A stretch of 63,933 nucleotides of DNA, filler included, from Welwitschia mirabilis (taxonomy: Eukaryota): assembly GCA_051453625.1 (NCBI GenBank). It is 5 parts of one record of this genome, joined end to end, with 100 filler letters (N's around TTAATTAATTAA, not from the genome) between each part and the next. Parts side by side here need not be neighbours in the genome. Positions count along the whole stretch, not along the records: positions 25,083 to 53,163 come from JBOZIK010000001.1; 4 more parts are not named here. The stretch is one strand, 5' to 3'. This document shows positions 35,272-50,345 of this stretch, piece after piece. The position numbers were made by a program, and so were the translations under genes. The notes under the pieces are model-generated. The model was not told the DNA's origin and made no database searches. It saw nothing but the letters and a program-made list of their open reading frames with translations. Position 1 is the first letter of the stretch, and every line of letters begins with the position of its first letter.

Positions 35272-38200
35272 NNNNNNNNNNNNNNNNNNNNNNNNNNNNN
35301 NNNNNNNNNNNNNNNNNNNNNNNNNNNNNNNNNNNNNNNNNNNNNNNNNNNNNNNNNNNNNNNNNNNNNNNNNNNNNNNNNNNNNNNNNNNNNNNNNNNN
35401 NNNNNNNNNNNNNNNNNNNNNNNNNNNNNNNNNNNNNNNNNNNNNNNNAATTTTACTCTTAGAAGAAATTGGACAAACTTATAAGGTAGAAATAGATCTA
35501 TCCATATGTTTTCCTTCATAATCCTATATTATTTAAATAAATATTAAAAATTATAAGAAATAATAATAATAATTAAAAACTAAATATTAGGCTATAAATT
35601 TTAAATTTTAATTAAAAAAAGTGAATGTTCTTCAAAATTATAAGCATTTTTCCTTAGCAAGTGAAAATATCTCTCAAAAAAATCAATAAGACTTCGAGAA
35701 GGAAGAAGTTATAAAGATAAGAATGACTATATGATAAAGGAAAATAAAGGTACTTATGCAACCATTTATCTTATTATTTTGATTTGGGAGGGAGGAGGAT
35801 GGGGGAGAAAGAAAAAAAGAAAAAGAAGAAGAGGAAGAAGAAGGAGAAATGTCCTATCATAAGTACATTGGGGTAAACATTCCTGAGAGGGACCTTTATT
35901 AGTGTAATAAGGTAGTTGTGAGAACTTCACTAAGGAATAAATTGATCATGATCTGAATTTATAACTCTACAAGTCCTTACTCTTATAGTAGTGGTTGCAC
36001 TCTCCACATTACAAAAAACCTTCTTAAAATAAATACTCTTTGGCTTGAAATTATAAAGAAGACGATCATTCTTTAGGTGTCATTTGAGAAATGGTTAGTC
36101 TCCAAAATTTTCTTTAAGCCAAGTGAACCTCAAAAGGAAAAATAAATATTGCATAGAATACCATTGTTTTATTTCAATATTTGAAACATTTGAATAAATG
36201 TATCTTTCTTCTACTTATCATGAAGCAATAAATTTTTGTAAAGATAATAAGAACTTGAGATTTAATTGATTTTTATAATTTGAGATAATAAAAATTAATC
36301 TTAAAATAAAAGTAGCTAATGCTTATAATAAAATACTTTTTATTTCATAATGCAGGTAATAATAGTTCTTATGTTTTGTTTTTCAATAAAAAGAATTTTA
36401 ACTAGAAAATACATTATTATGAAAAAGAAAGAAAAGCAAGATAGACAGCAACTAAAGCAAAAAGATGAAATCAACTAATCTCTTAAAATCTTAGAAAAAT
36501 CAGTCCTTATACTTATTCTTCCTCCTTGACCTCCTCTGACTAGATGTTTCTATGGAAAGAAGCAAATGCAAGCAATGTGAGGAGCTAGTAAGAATTCCAA
36601 TCTCTACTCTGTGGCCATTCCAAAATTTTTAATAAGCTAAACTATTCCAGGGTCCATACCTTTTCAAATAATCCTTGTTAAAGAAGAGAGTAGAGAGGCT
36701 TAGAGTAGGATTGTTATCTTTAGTCTACCATACTTGTCACTCTAGCTCATGAATTTACCCTATAAGTTATTCTAAGAATGCATCATACTTATTGGACTCA
36801 TAATTTAGGGTAGAAATTAGCTTGATAGCCTAGATTCTTAAATACTCTATACACAAGTGATAGCTATAGGGCTAAAGAAAGGTGGAATTTATCCATGTCT
36901 GAATTGATTCCTTTCATTCTCTTAGAGGATATCATCGAAGACATTAAGCACCTTAAAAATTATATTGTGGAAAGGAATATTAGGGGTGTAAAACACTTTG
37001 AACAAAAATCTAGAGAGAACCCTTACCTACACTTATAATGTTCATATCTATCTAAGAAGATCCTAGGCTAAACAGATAACATTTGTATTTTTTAATGGGA
37101 GAAGGAGTAGTAGGAGGTATGGGTACGTTATTGGAATAAATGCCATTTCTAATCTGAGTATTAAGAGAAATTGACTCAGTTTTGGAAATATGTGATGAAT
37201 GCAAATGTTCAAGATATTATAGTGTACTTATACCCAGAAAAATTAATGATAAAGAAATTCATTCATAATTTTAGATTTGAGTTAGTCCCAAACACATCTG
37301 ATTTGATGATTTATGAGCCATTAGAGGAGATTTGTTTGATTCATAAAATCCCTAATTAAATTGTACTTCTTTAATTAAACTATTAATGCTATGCCAATTA
37401 TGACTTTGTCCCTAGCCAACTTCACTAATTTGAAGGACCCCTCTTCGAGTAACAATTGTTGCTCTAAGAATATCTTTAAATCCTTATGTAATAAAAGGAA
37501 TCTATTTTTGATGATATGTCAAAAGCTACATGTCATCGGTCAAAGATCCCTTCAACACATGGCTAATCACTTTTGATGATGTTAACTTTACTAGTCTTTG
37601 CTTCTTTGTTATTTCCTTTCCATTCTTAGTATGAGCTCAAAGATCTCCTTTGAGTAACCTTCATTTATCAAAGATTCCCTTTGAGCTCTGCCTCAAGTGT
37701 AGTATGAATGAATCAAATAATGAGTTGGCTTTATCTTCCTCCTAATTTATTACCACTTGATCGATCCCTTTGAGACCTTCAAAGTCCTCATTTGTACATT
37801 AACCTAACTAATATAATGTGTTTTGAAGTATTGATTGAAGATCCCCTTTAGAGAAAGAAATTTCCCCTTCAATTTTAGTATCCCTAAATAAGAGCTAAAG
37901 AGTGAATTTCCCCTTCAATTATGGTCATATCAATTTCTTCAAAGAACTTCATTAATAACTTCTCATAAAACCCTTTTAAGTAATCATTCATTACTAAAAA
38001 ACCCCATTCCAGCTTAGTCCTTATTAGAAAATCCTTCTGAAGAGTCAATTCATAGTTGAAGGACTCCTTTGAGTAACCTTTATTACTTGAAGATCTCCTT
38101 TGAGGAAATAATTTCTACTCAAGTCCAAAAAAAATTGTAAGTTGATTCTTGACCAGACATATTGTTTTAAAAGCTAATTATAATATTAAATGAAATGGAC

Positions 38201-39129
38201 AACTACTATGAAAAAATGCAAATGCTATTCGCTAGGGAGAAGACTAATAAAGAGTTAGATGGAATAAATATTATGGAAACAAAAGTTACTAGAAGAAGAA
38301 AGGTATCAATGAAACAAAAGCATAATAGTAATAATAAAAAATGGATTAGATTTTTAGGAGGAGAGCTTCATGAAATCTAAACAAAGAAATCCATGGTTTA
38401 TAGAATATAAAGTGTTTACTATAAATTAGGGGAACTATGATCACATTTATGTAATTAAAAAATTAAAGGTGCTAATTTTAGACAATTCAAAACGCTAAAA
38501 TTAAAATAAGAATTTGTAGCTTCTACTCTACTAAGTTACTTCATTAGTTTTCCTTCAAAGAAGTAAAAATGACTACTCGAAGAAACCATTTAAGTAACAT
38601 TTATTACTCAAAGATTTCCTTTAAAAGTATAATTATTATTTGAAGGAATTCTTTGACTAGTTAAAGACCCCTTTGAGCCCTACTAGGAGGAAGAGACAAA
38701 AACACACTTTTATAGAAAATTTTATTGATACTTACTTCAATGACTTTAACCACCTCTTCATTAGAGAATGTAGCAAGTTAGGCTCTTTAACACATGGTAA
38801 GACGCTCCAAAATTCTATTAATAGAATATTACAATAGATAAATTGTTTATTCTAAGTTTTTTTTTTAGTGTACAATTTGTTTTTTTGTCTTTCAATTACA
38901 TGTGAAAACATTATGAAAACTTCATCTATTATCTCTTTCACAGGTAAAATGTTATTTTAGGTTAGACCATTTAGGTTTAAAATGTTTTTTTTATACCATT
39001 AAAAGCTTTTAGTTGCTTAAAAATACATTTTGTTTTCTTTAATAAGATAGTGGGTGAGCACTTGAAGTTTAATGACACTTCTTGTATGAGCATTTCATAC
39101 AAGAAAGAAATTAAATTCTAAAGATAAAT

Positions 39130-41720
39130 GACAAAATGTTTTCTACAGAAGTTAAAATTATCCCCAGTTCAAATTTTGAAAAACATCTTAATGATTCTAG
39201 TTTCACTAGACTCAAATAACAGATAGGTAAACTCAACTGGTGGAACTAGTTAACATTTTAAAAAAAAATACAATAATGAAGGAGTTTACTTTTTTTTTAG
39301 AAATGTGACAATTTTAGAGGAACTACCAACATTATACTCATCATCTAATAACATGCTAATTCAAATTCCACTAGATGAAATAAGAATGATTCTTGGGATC
39401 CATCTAGTGGAATAATACTATTATAATTGCATAAAAATGAGGACACTACCTTATGTCTAAAATAGTTTTAAAGTATCACTAATAAGAATGGACAAGTTAA
39501 CACTGAGAAAGCAAGGGATCCTAAGGAATTTGTCATTTTTATAATGACCTTCTTTAATATCACTCCAATTATCAATAAATAAAAGGACATGCATATATTA
39601 AGAGTATGCTTAATGGATGCCATCAGAGACCCCTAAAGTAAAAATATTGACATTGGGTACAATATCTTTTAATATTTATGTAAATCAGTATCAAGAATAA
39701 AAAATATCACTGAAATTACAAAGGTTGGACTAGGATTTCCCTTACTAGTTAGAAGGATTCTTTTAGATAGAAATGTCTCATAAGTCTTTTTGACAAAAAG
39801 AAGTAGCATGGAACTCTTAATTGCATCCTTATTTAGAGTTTTAGTTCTTACATCCTTTAGTGTTCTAGGCATAGAAGAGGCACCTTCAATAAGTTAGCTA
39901 GTAATGAAAATTCAAATACAACCCCCAAGGACTTCTAGAGAATAAGTAGATCCATTTAATTTATGTAATTAGAGTTGGAAAAGGAAACAAAATCTTTTAC
40001 AAAGGTAATAGAATAAGATAGGGTGAATTCCTTATGTGCTACTATAAATTCTTTAACCACCTTCCTACCAGGAAAGAATCAGCTATAGGAAGAAAATATT
40101 AGCTTAAAAGAAAAAGTTAAATTTTTGAAACTAGAGGATGAATTTTGTAAAGATAAAACTTCTTTTTGGCAAGGAGAATGTGATAAAGCAAAGGAGAAAA
40201 AGTAGCAATTGGAGAAGAGATTAATCTCTTATTTTGAATTTCCAAAGTTGGATGGGTCCTCTCTACACACTGTTCAATATTAGATTTAAGACTTAAAGTA
40301 AAAACTTAGAGAGAAGAAATAGAAACTATAGCTTCTCCTTGTTAATAAAGAAGATTTTTCTTGGAATTTCTAAAAATCATGGCTCACAACAAACATTATA
40401 ATACTAAGTACATCAAAATGCAATAAGAATTCATTACTTTCATGCATAACAACTAATCCCTCCCTTTAAAAAANNNNNNNNNNNNNNNNNNNNNNNNNNN
40501 NNNNNNNNNNNNNNNNNNNNNNNNNNNNNNNNNNNNNNNNNNNNNNNNNNNNNNNNNNNNNNNNNNNNNNNNNCTTTAAAAAAGAATTATTCACATAAAA
40601 TTTATATGGATTTGAGAGGGATGCATAAAAATATATGAAAATTCAAGAGTAAAATAATAAGTACAAGCAAAAAGAATAGTAGAAAAAATTGAAATGTAGG
40701 AGAGAAAATTTGCTTTTCTTTAAGAAACGATAGAATCAACTACTCCTTCTTCTACATCCATCAATTATTCTTTATTAGAGTAGAGTCTAATAAAGTTTTT
40801 AAAAAATGAACTGTCTCTAATCTCAAAAAGAATTTTAGAAGCTACTTCATAACAAACACCTCTAGTGGATACAAAGATTTTTGTGCATTAAATTTAGATT
40901 TCATCAAAGAAACATTGGTTTATCCTGGCTATTTGGACTTAATTGAGAAGACCAAGAAAGAAAATAGTAGACTACTTTATGGAAATCAATTTCTACAAGT
41001 CCAACTGGGAGAATTGAGGATACCATCAAGCATGCAATTTTATCTCCAAATAAGTATGATTACTTTGATGGTTATGAAAACATTATAAATGAAATCATAA
41101 AAAAAAAAGGCTAGGAGAAAATCATGTGATTATCCAATCAATCCCTAGAAGAGCTAAATACTACCAAGAAGGAAGTAGTTAAAAGACANNNNNNNNNNNN
41201 NNNNNNNNNNNNNNNNNNNNNNNNNNNNNNNNNNNNNNNNNNNNNNNNNNNNNNNNNNNNNNNNNNNNNNNNNNNNNNNNNNNNNNNNACTAGCAAGAAG
41301 GAAGTAGTTAAAAGACAAACTTAGAAGTCAATGATCAAACTCCTCCAAGTCTATGAAGGTTTGGAAAGGTACATTTGTCTTTTTATAGTTAACAAGTAGG
41401 ATTTAAACTCTTTGAAAAATCAAAGAAATTAGCTTTTAGAGTGCATGATATATTTTCAAATATTTTCTCCAAAATGAAAGGAGGAGAAATAATTTAAACT
41501 ATCCTAATTAGAAGTTCTTTTGGATTAGAGGAATTTGAAAAACCCCCTCCTACTCAGCTAATGAAACCAAAGAAATAAATTTATATGATCTAATGCTTTT
41601 GAAGAGCAAATTAAAGAAATAAAGTAGTTGTAAGAAATGAATTCATCATAGGCTAAATCAAAATCAGACATAGTTAAAAAGAAGAAAATAAAATATTAAA
41701 GAAAATAATGTAAATTGTTA
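39130..41720 (+). mobile_element. Extra ORF remnant downstream of pol (plant transposon protein-like + coiled coil)
   Basis: FFNITPIIN..RVCLMDAI..IDIGYNIF..KVGLGFPLLVRRILLDRNV at ~39550-39780, followed by E/K-rich degenerate frames. Confidence 0.55.
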
Positions 41721-41734
41721 GAGGACTAATAAAT

Positions 41735-42400
41735 GTTTGAGTGTGGGGGAAACCGATGACTCAAAAATGGATGTACATTTATGCTATGTTCTTAACAATT
41801 TAATAAAGAATATGTTAAAATGTTAGCAAATATATGACATTATTATAATATATTATGGATTATTATAAGCTAACGTTATGATGCAAGTTAGTTAAGTGAA
41901 GCTATGCTACAAAAAGGAAAAGTAGGTATAACAATTAAATAGGTGAGGCAAAAGAAGGAATAACAAATTATCAATCATTCTACCTATAAATATGCATATT
42001 GAAGGAGGCACAAGAATCTTTTTTGGAGTCTTGAAGGAAAGCTAGAAAGCGTGTCTCAGGCAAACGAATCACATAGGGGGAACTATAAAGTGATTTCCTA
42101 AGCTCCAAAACCTATTGTAAAAACATAAGATGGATCTAATTACTATATTTTCTTAATAAGTAATACAAGCTATGTTATTTTGAAAAGAATCTTGTGTTGT
42201 TAAAGTGTGTAATTTGAAAAATCTTTATGCTGCATTTTCTCACTTTTAATATTAATGATAGCAAGAGTTAATATTAAGATAATATATCAGTTAGGAATAA
42301 TTGGTGCATATAATTTAGCTATGTTTTCTTTGTTCTAGTTCTTTTACTTCTTCATATCTTATAAATTGTTGTTTATAAGTAGAGTTACTATCAGAAAACC
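41735..42400 (+). mobile_element. PPT and probable 3' LTR of the 30.9-41.7 kb Gypsy element
   Basis: Athila-type TTTGAGTGTGGGGGAAA PPT at ~41737-41752; TATA-like CCTATAAAT at ~41983. Right boundary uncertain. Confidence 0.5.
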
Positions 42401-45400
42401 TTTTTGTCAATAATATTCATTATTGACAAAGTATGTATCCTAATTAAATAAGAAAATTCTTTGTTTGAATTCAAAAGAAGAAAGAAAAAGAAATATCTAT
42501 ATAAAAATTACTAATGATCAAAGTCTGTGTGAAGATTTAGTAATTTAGTTGTATGTTTTTTCAAAATTTTCTTAATATAATAGTTTTTTTAAGCATTTTG
42601 TTAAAACCAGTAAACTATTTATAGTATTTTTAGTTAAATTATAAGCATTTTAATATGTAAACAATATAATAGAAGATTATAATTATAATTAATGAAATTT
42701 TAACTTGATATCTAGATATCCTTCAGATATGAATTGGTTCTACTTTATATTCTTAACTATAGAAAAATAAATAGGCTAAACTCCCTAGGTTTTCACTTCA
42801 CTTTGATATACCTCTAATATAGGTGATAGATGGTATGTGAGATGGATGCATGCTTACAAATGACCCCGCTTCCTTTAAGCCTCTCTGGATGATGCAATAT
42901 GATTTATCAGTAGAAAGGGATTAAGATATTAAGTTGGAGTGAGTTCATACATAGGTAGGATAGTAGAGTGATGATTAAATCCACTTTAAGAAAGGTATTG
43001 TGGAAAAAACTCAATCCAACCCACCTTGGTGCTGAAATCCACGTGTGGGAATGAACATTATTAGAATTGTCTTGATTTAGTCTCATTTGATAAATACACC
43101 ACACAAATGCATGCAAACAACTATAACTAATATGGATATTTAATGAAATATTTACTTTATTATAATAATTCTAGTCATCATTCTATTCATTTTATAGAAA
43201 CAACCATAAAAAGAAAGCAAGCATATAAGAACATTTTTATTTTCAAGATTATAATAATAAAAATTTAGATAAATGAAATATTCTTTTTTCCTATCTAAAT
43301 AAATAAAACATTCTTTTTTTTCTTAAATAATAATAAAAATATTTAAAATGTATCAAATAACATCTTAATAATGTACTTAAATAAATTAAAACATACCTAG
43401 AGCTATGTTAATCTAAAGACATTCTTTCATGCTCATCTGATAATTTCCATGGATAGATACAAAGAACATAAACAAAAGAAAGTATAGATTAAGAATAATT
43501 ATTAAGATAGAAATATTTATGCAATATTTATTTACCTAAATTATAATTAAAACCAAAAAAAAAAAGATAAGCTAGAGACTACTTATGTTACTTCAATTAC
43601 TAAGGTAAAAACTCTTACAAGCATGCACATTCAAAATAAGCTAAAAAAATGATAAAAAAGGTATTTCTACAAATAAATACCACTTATGGATAGTTCAACT
43701 TAAATTTTATATACTTAATTTTCCTAAAAATAATTTTTGTAATATTCTTCTGTAATTTTAAACATTAATTATAACATTTTTTGGCTTTAAAAAGATATCA
43801 TAGTTAAAAATTAATAATTAATTCATTATGAAGTAAAAAATAAATTATAATAGTTTTGCAGAGAACAAATAACAATAGGTTTCTCAAGATCTAACTTGAT
43901 CTAACTTAAATTATCTTTGAATTCTAAAAATAGTTTTTATAATGTTATCATTTAAGGCTAAAAAATGTCAAATTTTCTAAAATTATAGTCCTACTATGCT
44001 ACACTAAAACAATCATAGCTTTCAAAGTACTTTGAGTTTTTAAATAATTCGAGATGTTTTGAAAAGCTTATTTAATTTCCNNNNNNNNNNNNNNNNNNNN
44101 NNNNNNNNNNNNNNNNNNNNNNNNNNNNNNNNNNNNNNNNNNNNNNNNNNNNNNNNNNNNNNNNNNNNNNNNNNNNNNNNNNNNNNNNNNNNNNNNNNNN
44201 NNNNNNNNNNNNNNNNNNNNNNNNNNNNNNNNNNNNNNNNNNNNNNNNNNNNNNNNNNNNNNNNNNNNNNNNNNNNNNNNNNNNNNNNNNNNNNNNNNNN
44301 NNNNNNNNNNNNNNNNNNNNNNNNNNNNNNNNNNNNNNNNNNNNNNNNNNNNNNNNNNNNNNNNNNNNNNNNNNNNNNNNNNNNNNNNNNNNNNNNNNNN
44401 NNNNNNNNNNNNNNNNNNNNNNNNNNNNNNNNNNNNNNNNNNNNNNNNNNNNNNNNNNNNNNNNNNNNNNNNNNNNNNNNNNNNNNNNNNNNNNNNNNNN
44501 NNNNNNNNNNNNNNNNNNNNNNNNNNNNNNNNNNNNNNNNNNNNNNNNNNNNNNNNNNNNNNNNNNNNNNNNNNNNNNNNNNNNNNNNNNNNNNNNNNNN
44601 NNNNNNNNNNNNNNNNNNNNNNNNNNNNNNNNNNNNNNNNNNNNNNNNNNNNNNNNNNNNNNNNNNNNNNNNNNNNNNNNNNNNNNNNNNNNNNNNNNNN
44701 NNNNNNNNNNNNNNNNNNNNNNNNNNNNNNNNNNNNNNNNNNNNNNNNNNNNNNNNNNNNNNNNNNNNNNNNNNNNNNNNNNNNNNNNNNNNNNNNNNNN
44801 NNNNNNNNNNNNNNNNNNNNNNNNNNNNNNNNNNNNNNNNNNNNNNNNNNNNNNNNNNNNNNNNNNNNNNNNNNNNNNNNNNNNNNNNNNNNNNNNNNNN
44901 NNNNNNNNNNNNNNNNNNNNNNNNNNNNNNNNNNNNNNNNNNNNNNNNNNNNNNNNNNNNNNNNNNNNNNNNNNNNNNNNNNNNNNNNNNNNNNNNNNNN
45001 NNNNNNNNNNNNNNNNNNNNNNNNNNNNNNNNNNNNNNNNNNNNNNNNNNNNNNNNNNNNNNNNNNNNNNNNNNNNAGAAATGTAGCTGTATGAAAAAAA
45101 AGAAAAGTATCTCCTTTAACAAGAGAGGAAAGGATTTATATATATAGATAAATAAAGGCACATAGCTTAATATCACAAGATCACATGATTTAGCATTGAT
45201 AAGTGAGATGAGTAATTAGTAACGTTAGAGTATAAAAAGAAATCATATTTGTCATACACCTACCTAGGATTAGTAATCTTCTTTTTTTAATTAGCAAAAT
45301 TAATTACATACATTATTTCCTCATTCTGGCTTTATTTTAATCCTATATAGGCTCATAAGTAAGTTTAGTTCATCCAAGCTATGCATTAAAGAATAAATGG

Positions 45401-48400
45401 ACAAATCTCAAAATTGTCATGTGGCATAATGAGACAAGCTCTTCAATTCCAATGAATAAAGCAATAAGTATGTATGATCCAAGTGCCCTTATACATCTCA
45501 AGGACATAAAAGTCATGGTAGAGTAAATATACTCATTTATCAACCATTATTCTAGGTAAGGGTATGTGTATTTGTTCAAATGTTCATTTATTTAAAAATG
45601 AAGTCTATCAATCACATAACACAAAGAAGAAAATATTTATTCATAATATAGTACACCTATCATATTTATGAAAAATCTACTTGAGTAAATAAGATTGAAA
45701 ACATATTATTATATTCTCTTGAAATTTTCAATTTATTAGTTTTATCATGTTATTTTAATTCCTTACATAATGGGATTATATAATTTTAAATATTTGGATA
45801 GACTTTCTCATAAAAACATTTTAACATAGTTTTTATCATTTTTATGGTAAATTATAAAGATTACAAACTAATGTTAATTTAAAATAATAGCTTATTTTGA
45901 TAAGGAATTTGAATAAGAGTAATTAATCATTTAAATAAAATTTTAATATACTTAATATTTAAGTAAATAAGGTTTAAAAATATGGAATATTGCATGTTTG
46001 TAACATGATATATCACTAACATGTATTTAAAATCTATCAAAACAATCTAAAGTAGTTTTCATGATGTTCATTATGTAGTATAGTTAAACTAAAATAAATT
46101 GAATAAATACCTAGCATCATTCTTCCATAGAAATAATTAAGGTAATTTAATAGAGATTACACAAAATTTGCCTATCTTACAATACAATTCAAATAAAGGG
46201 AAAAACATAAGAGTTATGAATTGTAATGAGAATTTAATTAGTCAAGTGAAGAGATGAATGAGCTTTAAGGATCTAGTTTAAGTTGTCTAATAGTACTCCT
46301 TCACTACCATAATATCTGGTAATTTCTAAAAAACAGTTGAATTCATCAAGTTGTGAGAGCTCAGGTTGTGGTGACATAATTTCATTCACTACTATAAGTG
46401 TTGGTTAATTTAATAGTCACTTGCTCCTTTATAACCATTTCATAAGTATAAAAATGTAAGGACTATAGTACTCAAAATTCATTAAGTAAAAGTAACTACA
46501 ACTAAATGACTTAAGGAATTAGTTATTAATAGTACTATATAGTTTCACTTAAGTATGAAGCTACATGTAACTTGAAATTAAAAATGAGTAAATATCTTAA
46601 AAGTACATTACATTAAAGGAAGATGATAAAATTAGTATAAACTCCTCAAAATAGCCTTAAGACAAGTTTGCTCATAAAGAAGGTACTTAGAAGACCATGT
46701 TAACTTTGATGATATAAGAATTCTAGAAGACCATGTTAACTCTGATGCTCTAAGAATTTCTAATATGTTCACAAATCAAATGATCTCGAAAAGTAAATGC
46801 TTAATTCCATTTTATATGTGAGTATGGGATGGAAACATTGAAAGCCTTTGGCTTAAAGTGGTAGATGCATGGTTACAAAGTTTTTCATATATCTTTAAGT
46901 AAAGTATTTGTCTTCTTACCTTAGGTAAGGATCATCATGATGAATCCAAATTATGGCCTTAGGATGCTAATGCTTCCATCAACAAATGATATTACCATTT
47001 GTTTCTGATGGCAATTCACTTAACACTACCACATATAGCTACTACATTTCTTTTGTGTTACCACCAAGTGTCATTGAATAGATTAGTTATTTTTGATGTG
47101 AAAACTATATAAACCCATAATTTCATTTGTTTATTTCTCCATGATAATTCTAGAACATAACTTTTGATGTGTTCTTATCTAAAGGACCAACAACATTGAT
47201 GACCTATGTTGACATTTTTTGCTAGATGATCTTCCACTTTTAGCATGCTCCTCAAAATAACATAAATGGCTTGAAAATGTCATGGAAAGATGATAAATCC
47301 ACAAATAATATTTAAAATGGGTAGAAGACATAATTTTATGATAAAAAAATTATTTTAATATCATCTGCTAAGCTAAATTAATTTAATAACTTGGTCTAAA
47401 TTTTAATTTATACATGTTAACACATCCTCTAACTAAACTTTTGCTAAAATCTTAGTAAAATGTTAATAACAAAATAATTTACATGAAAAAAATTGTCTAA
47501 AGAAAAAGTACTAAAGTAAGAAAAATGTTATATCTCTTGAAATGTTTTAATCAAATTTTAAAAAATAAGGCATTCAATCAAAAAGTAATGTAAAAAATAG
47601 ATGTGAAAAATAATGTGAAAAATAGATGTAGAAAAAGAAAACTTTCTAATAAAAGATCATTGAATTTGATTTCTTTCTAAAGATTCTAAGTAAAAGATCA
47701 ATTCATAAAAATAGTTATGCCTTATGATGTTATTTCTCATGAAATGGAGTTGATGTGGAATGGATTATAGGAATGGAAAATAATAAGGTCGAAAAGGACT
47801 TAATCATGTAACCTATAAATAAAGGAGATAACCTTTCTAAACCAGTGGTCTCATTATTATTTGTATGATTTTTAATGAATCTTGATATCAAATAAGCATA
47901 GTATTAACCAAATAACTTGTGGTAATTCAGGAATTAGTAAAAAATATTAAGTATAAAAGCTAAGTAAAACAAAACTCAAAAGGTTTCCAATTCCCACTTT
48001 TTCTCATTAGTTTTATCTTTTCTATAATTATATATGTTTCTTATTTGAATAATTTTGGATTATATTAATCATTTAGTGTTACAACCTATTTTTCTAATAG
48101 AATTAGGCATGTTGTTTTATGAAGAAATTAGTGTTACATTTATAGCCCTAATGCAGTTGCTTATATCATAAGTATGTCATTAGAGATACATTACTTGTGA
48201 GTGTTCATAGCCTTGATGCAATTAACTAAAATCAATTAATTAATTAATAATACAATGTGCTTTTGGAGAAGAGATATTATATCTTTCTTTTTATTCTTCT
48301 TTTCAAATTTAATTTTCTTATGCACATAAGAGGAGTCGTTGGCTTATTATCCTAGTTAAGAAATATCTTATCCCTATAAAAAGTGCTTGAAAATAAAGAA

Positions 48401-48749
48401 CATCATTCATATTTTTCAAAATTGAAGTCTTAGGTTAACATGACTTTAATAAATATATTCAATATGAGCATAACATTTTTTTAATTTTTTGAAACCATAA
48501 TTATACTTAATAATAATCATTACTTGAAATGATAGTAAGATCACTTATTATTAATTTTTCATAGAGGCCATTTACTTGGGTCTATAAGTCTCATGATTTC
48601 ATAAGTTGATGGGATAGAATGATGATGGTATTTGAGGAGATGATATTTAATTTAAATTATTGATGATTTTTAGTATTTTTAATTAGAAATACATGATTTG
48701 ACAAAACCTATTTTATTATGTGTGAATCTTCTCACTTAGAAACTAGTTT

Positions 48750-50345
48750 AAGTGAAAATAAATGTAATCTTGAATTTTAATGTGAAGCTAGTTTTTCTTC
48801 TTGAAATTTTTTCTAAGAACATATTTATTATGAAATTTCTTAATCCTTCCCTTGTTAATCATTGTATTTTCATAAGCATAATTTCTAATTTCATCTAACT
48901 CATTAAGTTGAATAGCCCTTTGCTTCCTTGCTACCTTAAGATCTAAATATCATTTTTTAATTGCCTAATATGCTTTACGTTTAAATTCAATAGGGATATG
49001 ATAAGACTTTTCATAATAACTTGAAAAGAAACATTCCTAAGGATGTAATATAAGTTGTTTTAAAAGACCAAAAAATGTCATTAAGCATATAAGACCAATC
49101 CTTCCTAATTTTATTTACTAGGTTTTGTAGAATGTTCTTTATTTATCTATTAGTAAACTTAACATGTCCACTAGTTTAGAAATGATAAGGAGTTATAAAT
49201 TTATGAGTGATCCCAGACTTGGTAAGAAGATATTATAAGAATAAGTATTACCATCACTAATCAAGGCCCAAGGACAATCAAATCTCATTAAAATGTTTTC
49301 TTTAAAGAACTTCACTATAGGTTAGACATCGTTGGATCTACAAATGCATGTTTCTACCCATTTAGTGACATAATCAATATTCACAAGAATATATTGGTGT
49401 CAATTTAAAGAAGGATATGAGCCTTAAAAGTTGATACCCCAAATATCAAAATCCTCAACAACAAGAATGGGATCTAAAGAAATCATATGTTTTTATGTAT
49501 GTCTTATGGCAAGTTTTGCATGTTTTATAATAGATATATGATTACTTAAAAATGGATGACTAAAAAAAATTGGATTAAAGAATTTTCATGGTGATTCTAT
49601 TGGTAGAGTAATAACCACCATAAGTCTCAAAATGGCAACACTTAAAAATGTTATAAACTTCTAATTGGGGAATATGTTTACAAATAACTTAATCTAAGTA
49701 ATATTTAAATACATAAGGTTTGTTCTAAATAAATATTTAACTTGAATAAAAAATTTATTCCTATTATTATACATATAATAAAAGGTAATAATCTTAAAAA
49801 CTAAATAATTTGTAATATTAGTGAACTAACATATCTTTGTAATTAAGAAAGGCATTCCTTAAGAAAAGTATCATCAATGGAAAGGAAATTATACAAGTTA
49901 TCCTAATTTACAGGTAAATGATATTCTATAATGACATTGTTAAAACCATTTTTATCCTTGATTTTCAAATCAAATTCTAGAAAAGTAGGATTTATTTGAT
50001 TAATGTGGGCTTAGAGTCCTTTTTAGTGGATAAGTATCTAATGCTTGAATGGTCTATGTAGATGATTATCTTAAAACCAAGAAGATATTACCTAAATTTT
50101 GATAAATGAAGAGTAGGATCTATTTAAGTTTTGTGTAATTGATACACACTCTCTATTTAACCATGGGCCTAATGGGATAAGTTCATTATGTTTATTTAGA
50201 ACCAAGGTAATTCTAGATTCTTGGCTACTATTTAAGTTGAACTTACTAGTTACCATCTACAATTGAATAGATCATATCATTATTTAAAAGATTAATCACT
50301 TTATTTTTTACTACTTCTTCTAAGATTGGATTTGTTTTTTATTAG
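48750..50345 (-). mobile_element. Degenerate Gypsy RT start / RNase H / integrase, with RT core apparently deleted
   Basis: Reverse complement gives NPILEEVVK (RT start), YIDHSS, EFDLKIKDK, CHFETYGGY, PILVVEDFDIWGINF and IDYVTKWVE. Confidence 0.8.

Noticed and set aside
46688..46760. 36-bp two-copy tandem duplication (similar: 28-bp pair at 11274-11329, ~65-bp pair at 50520-50655)
   Set aside because: Ordinary slippage duplications in TE debris with no further structure.
46790..47340. Possible Tat-type integrase traces
   Set aside because: Motif traces are short and on conflicting strands; too decayed to call.
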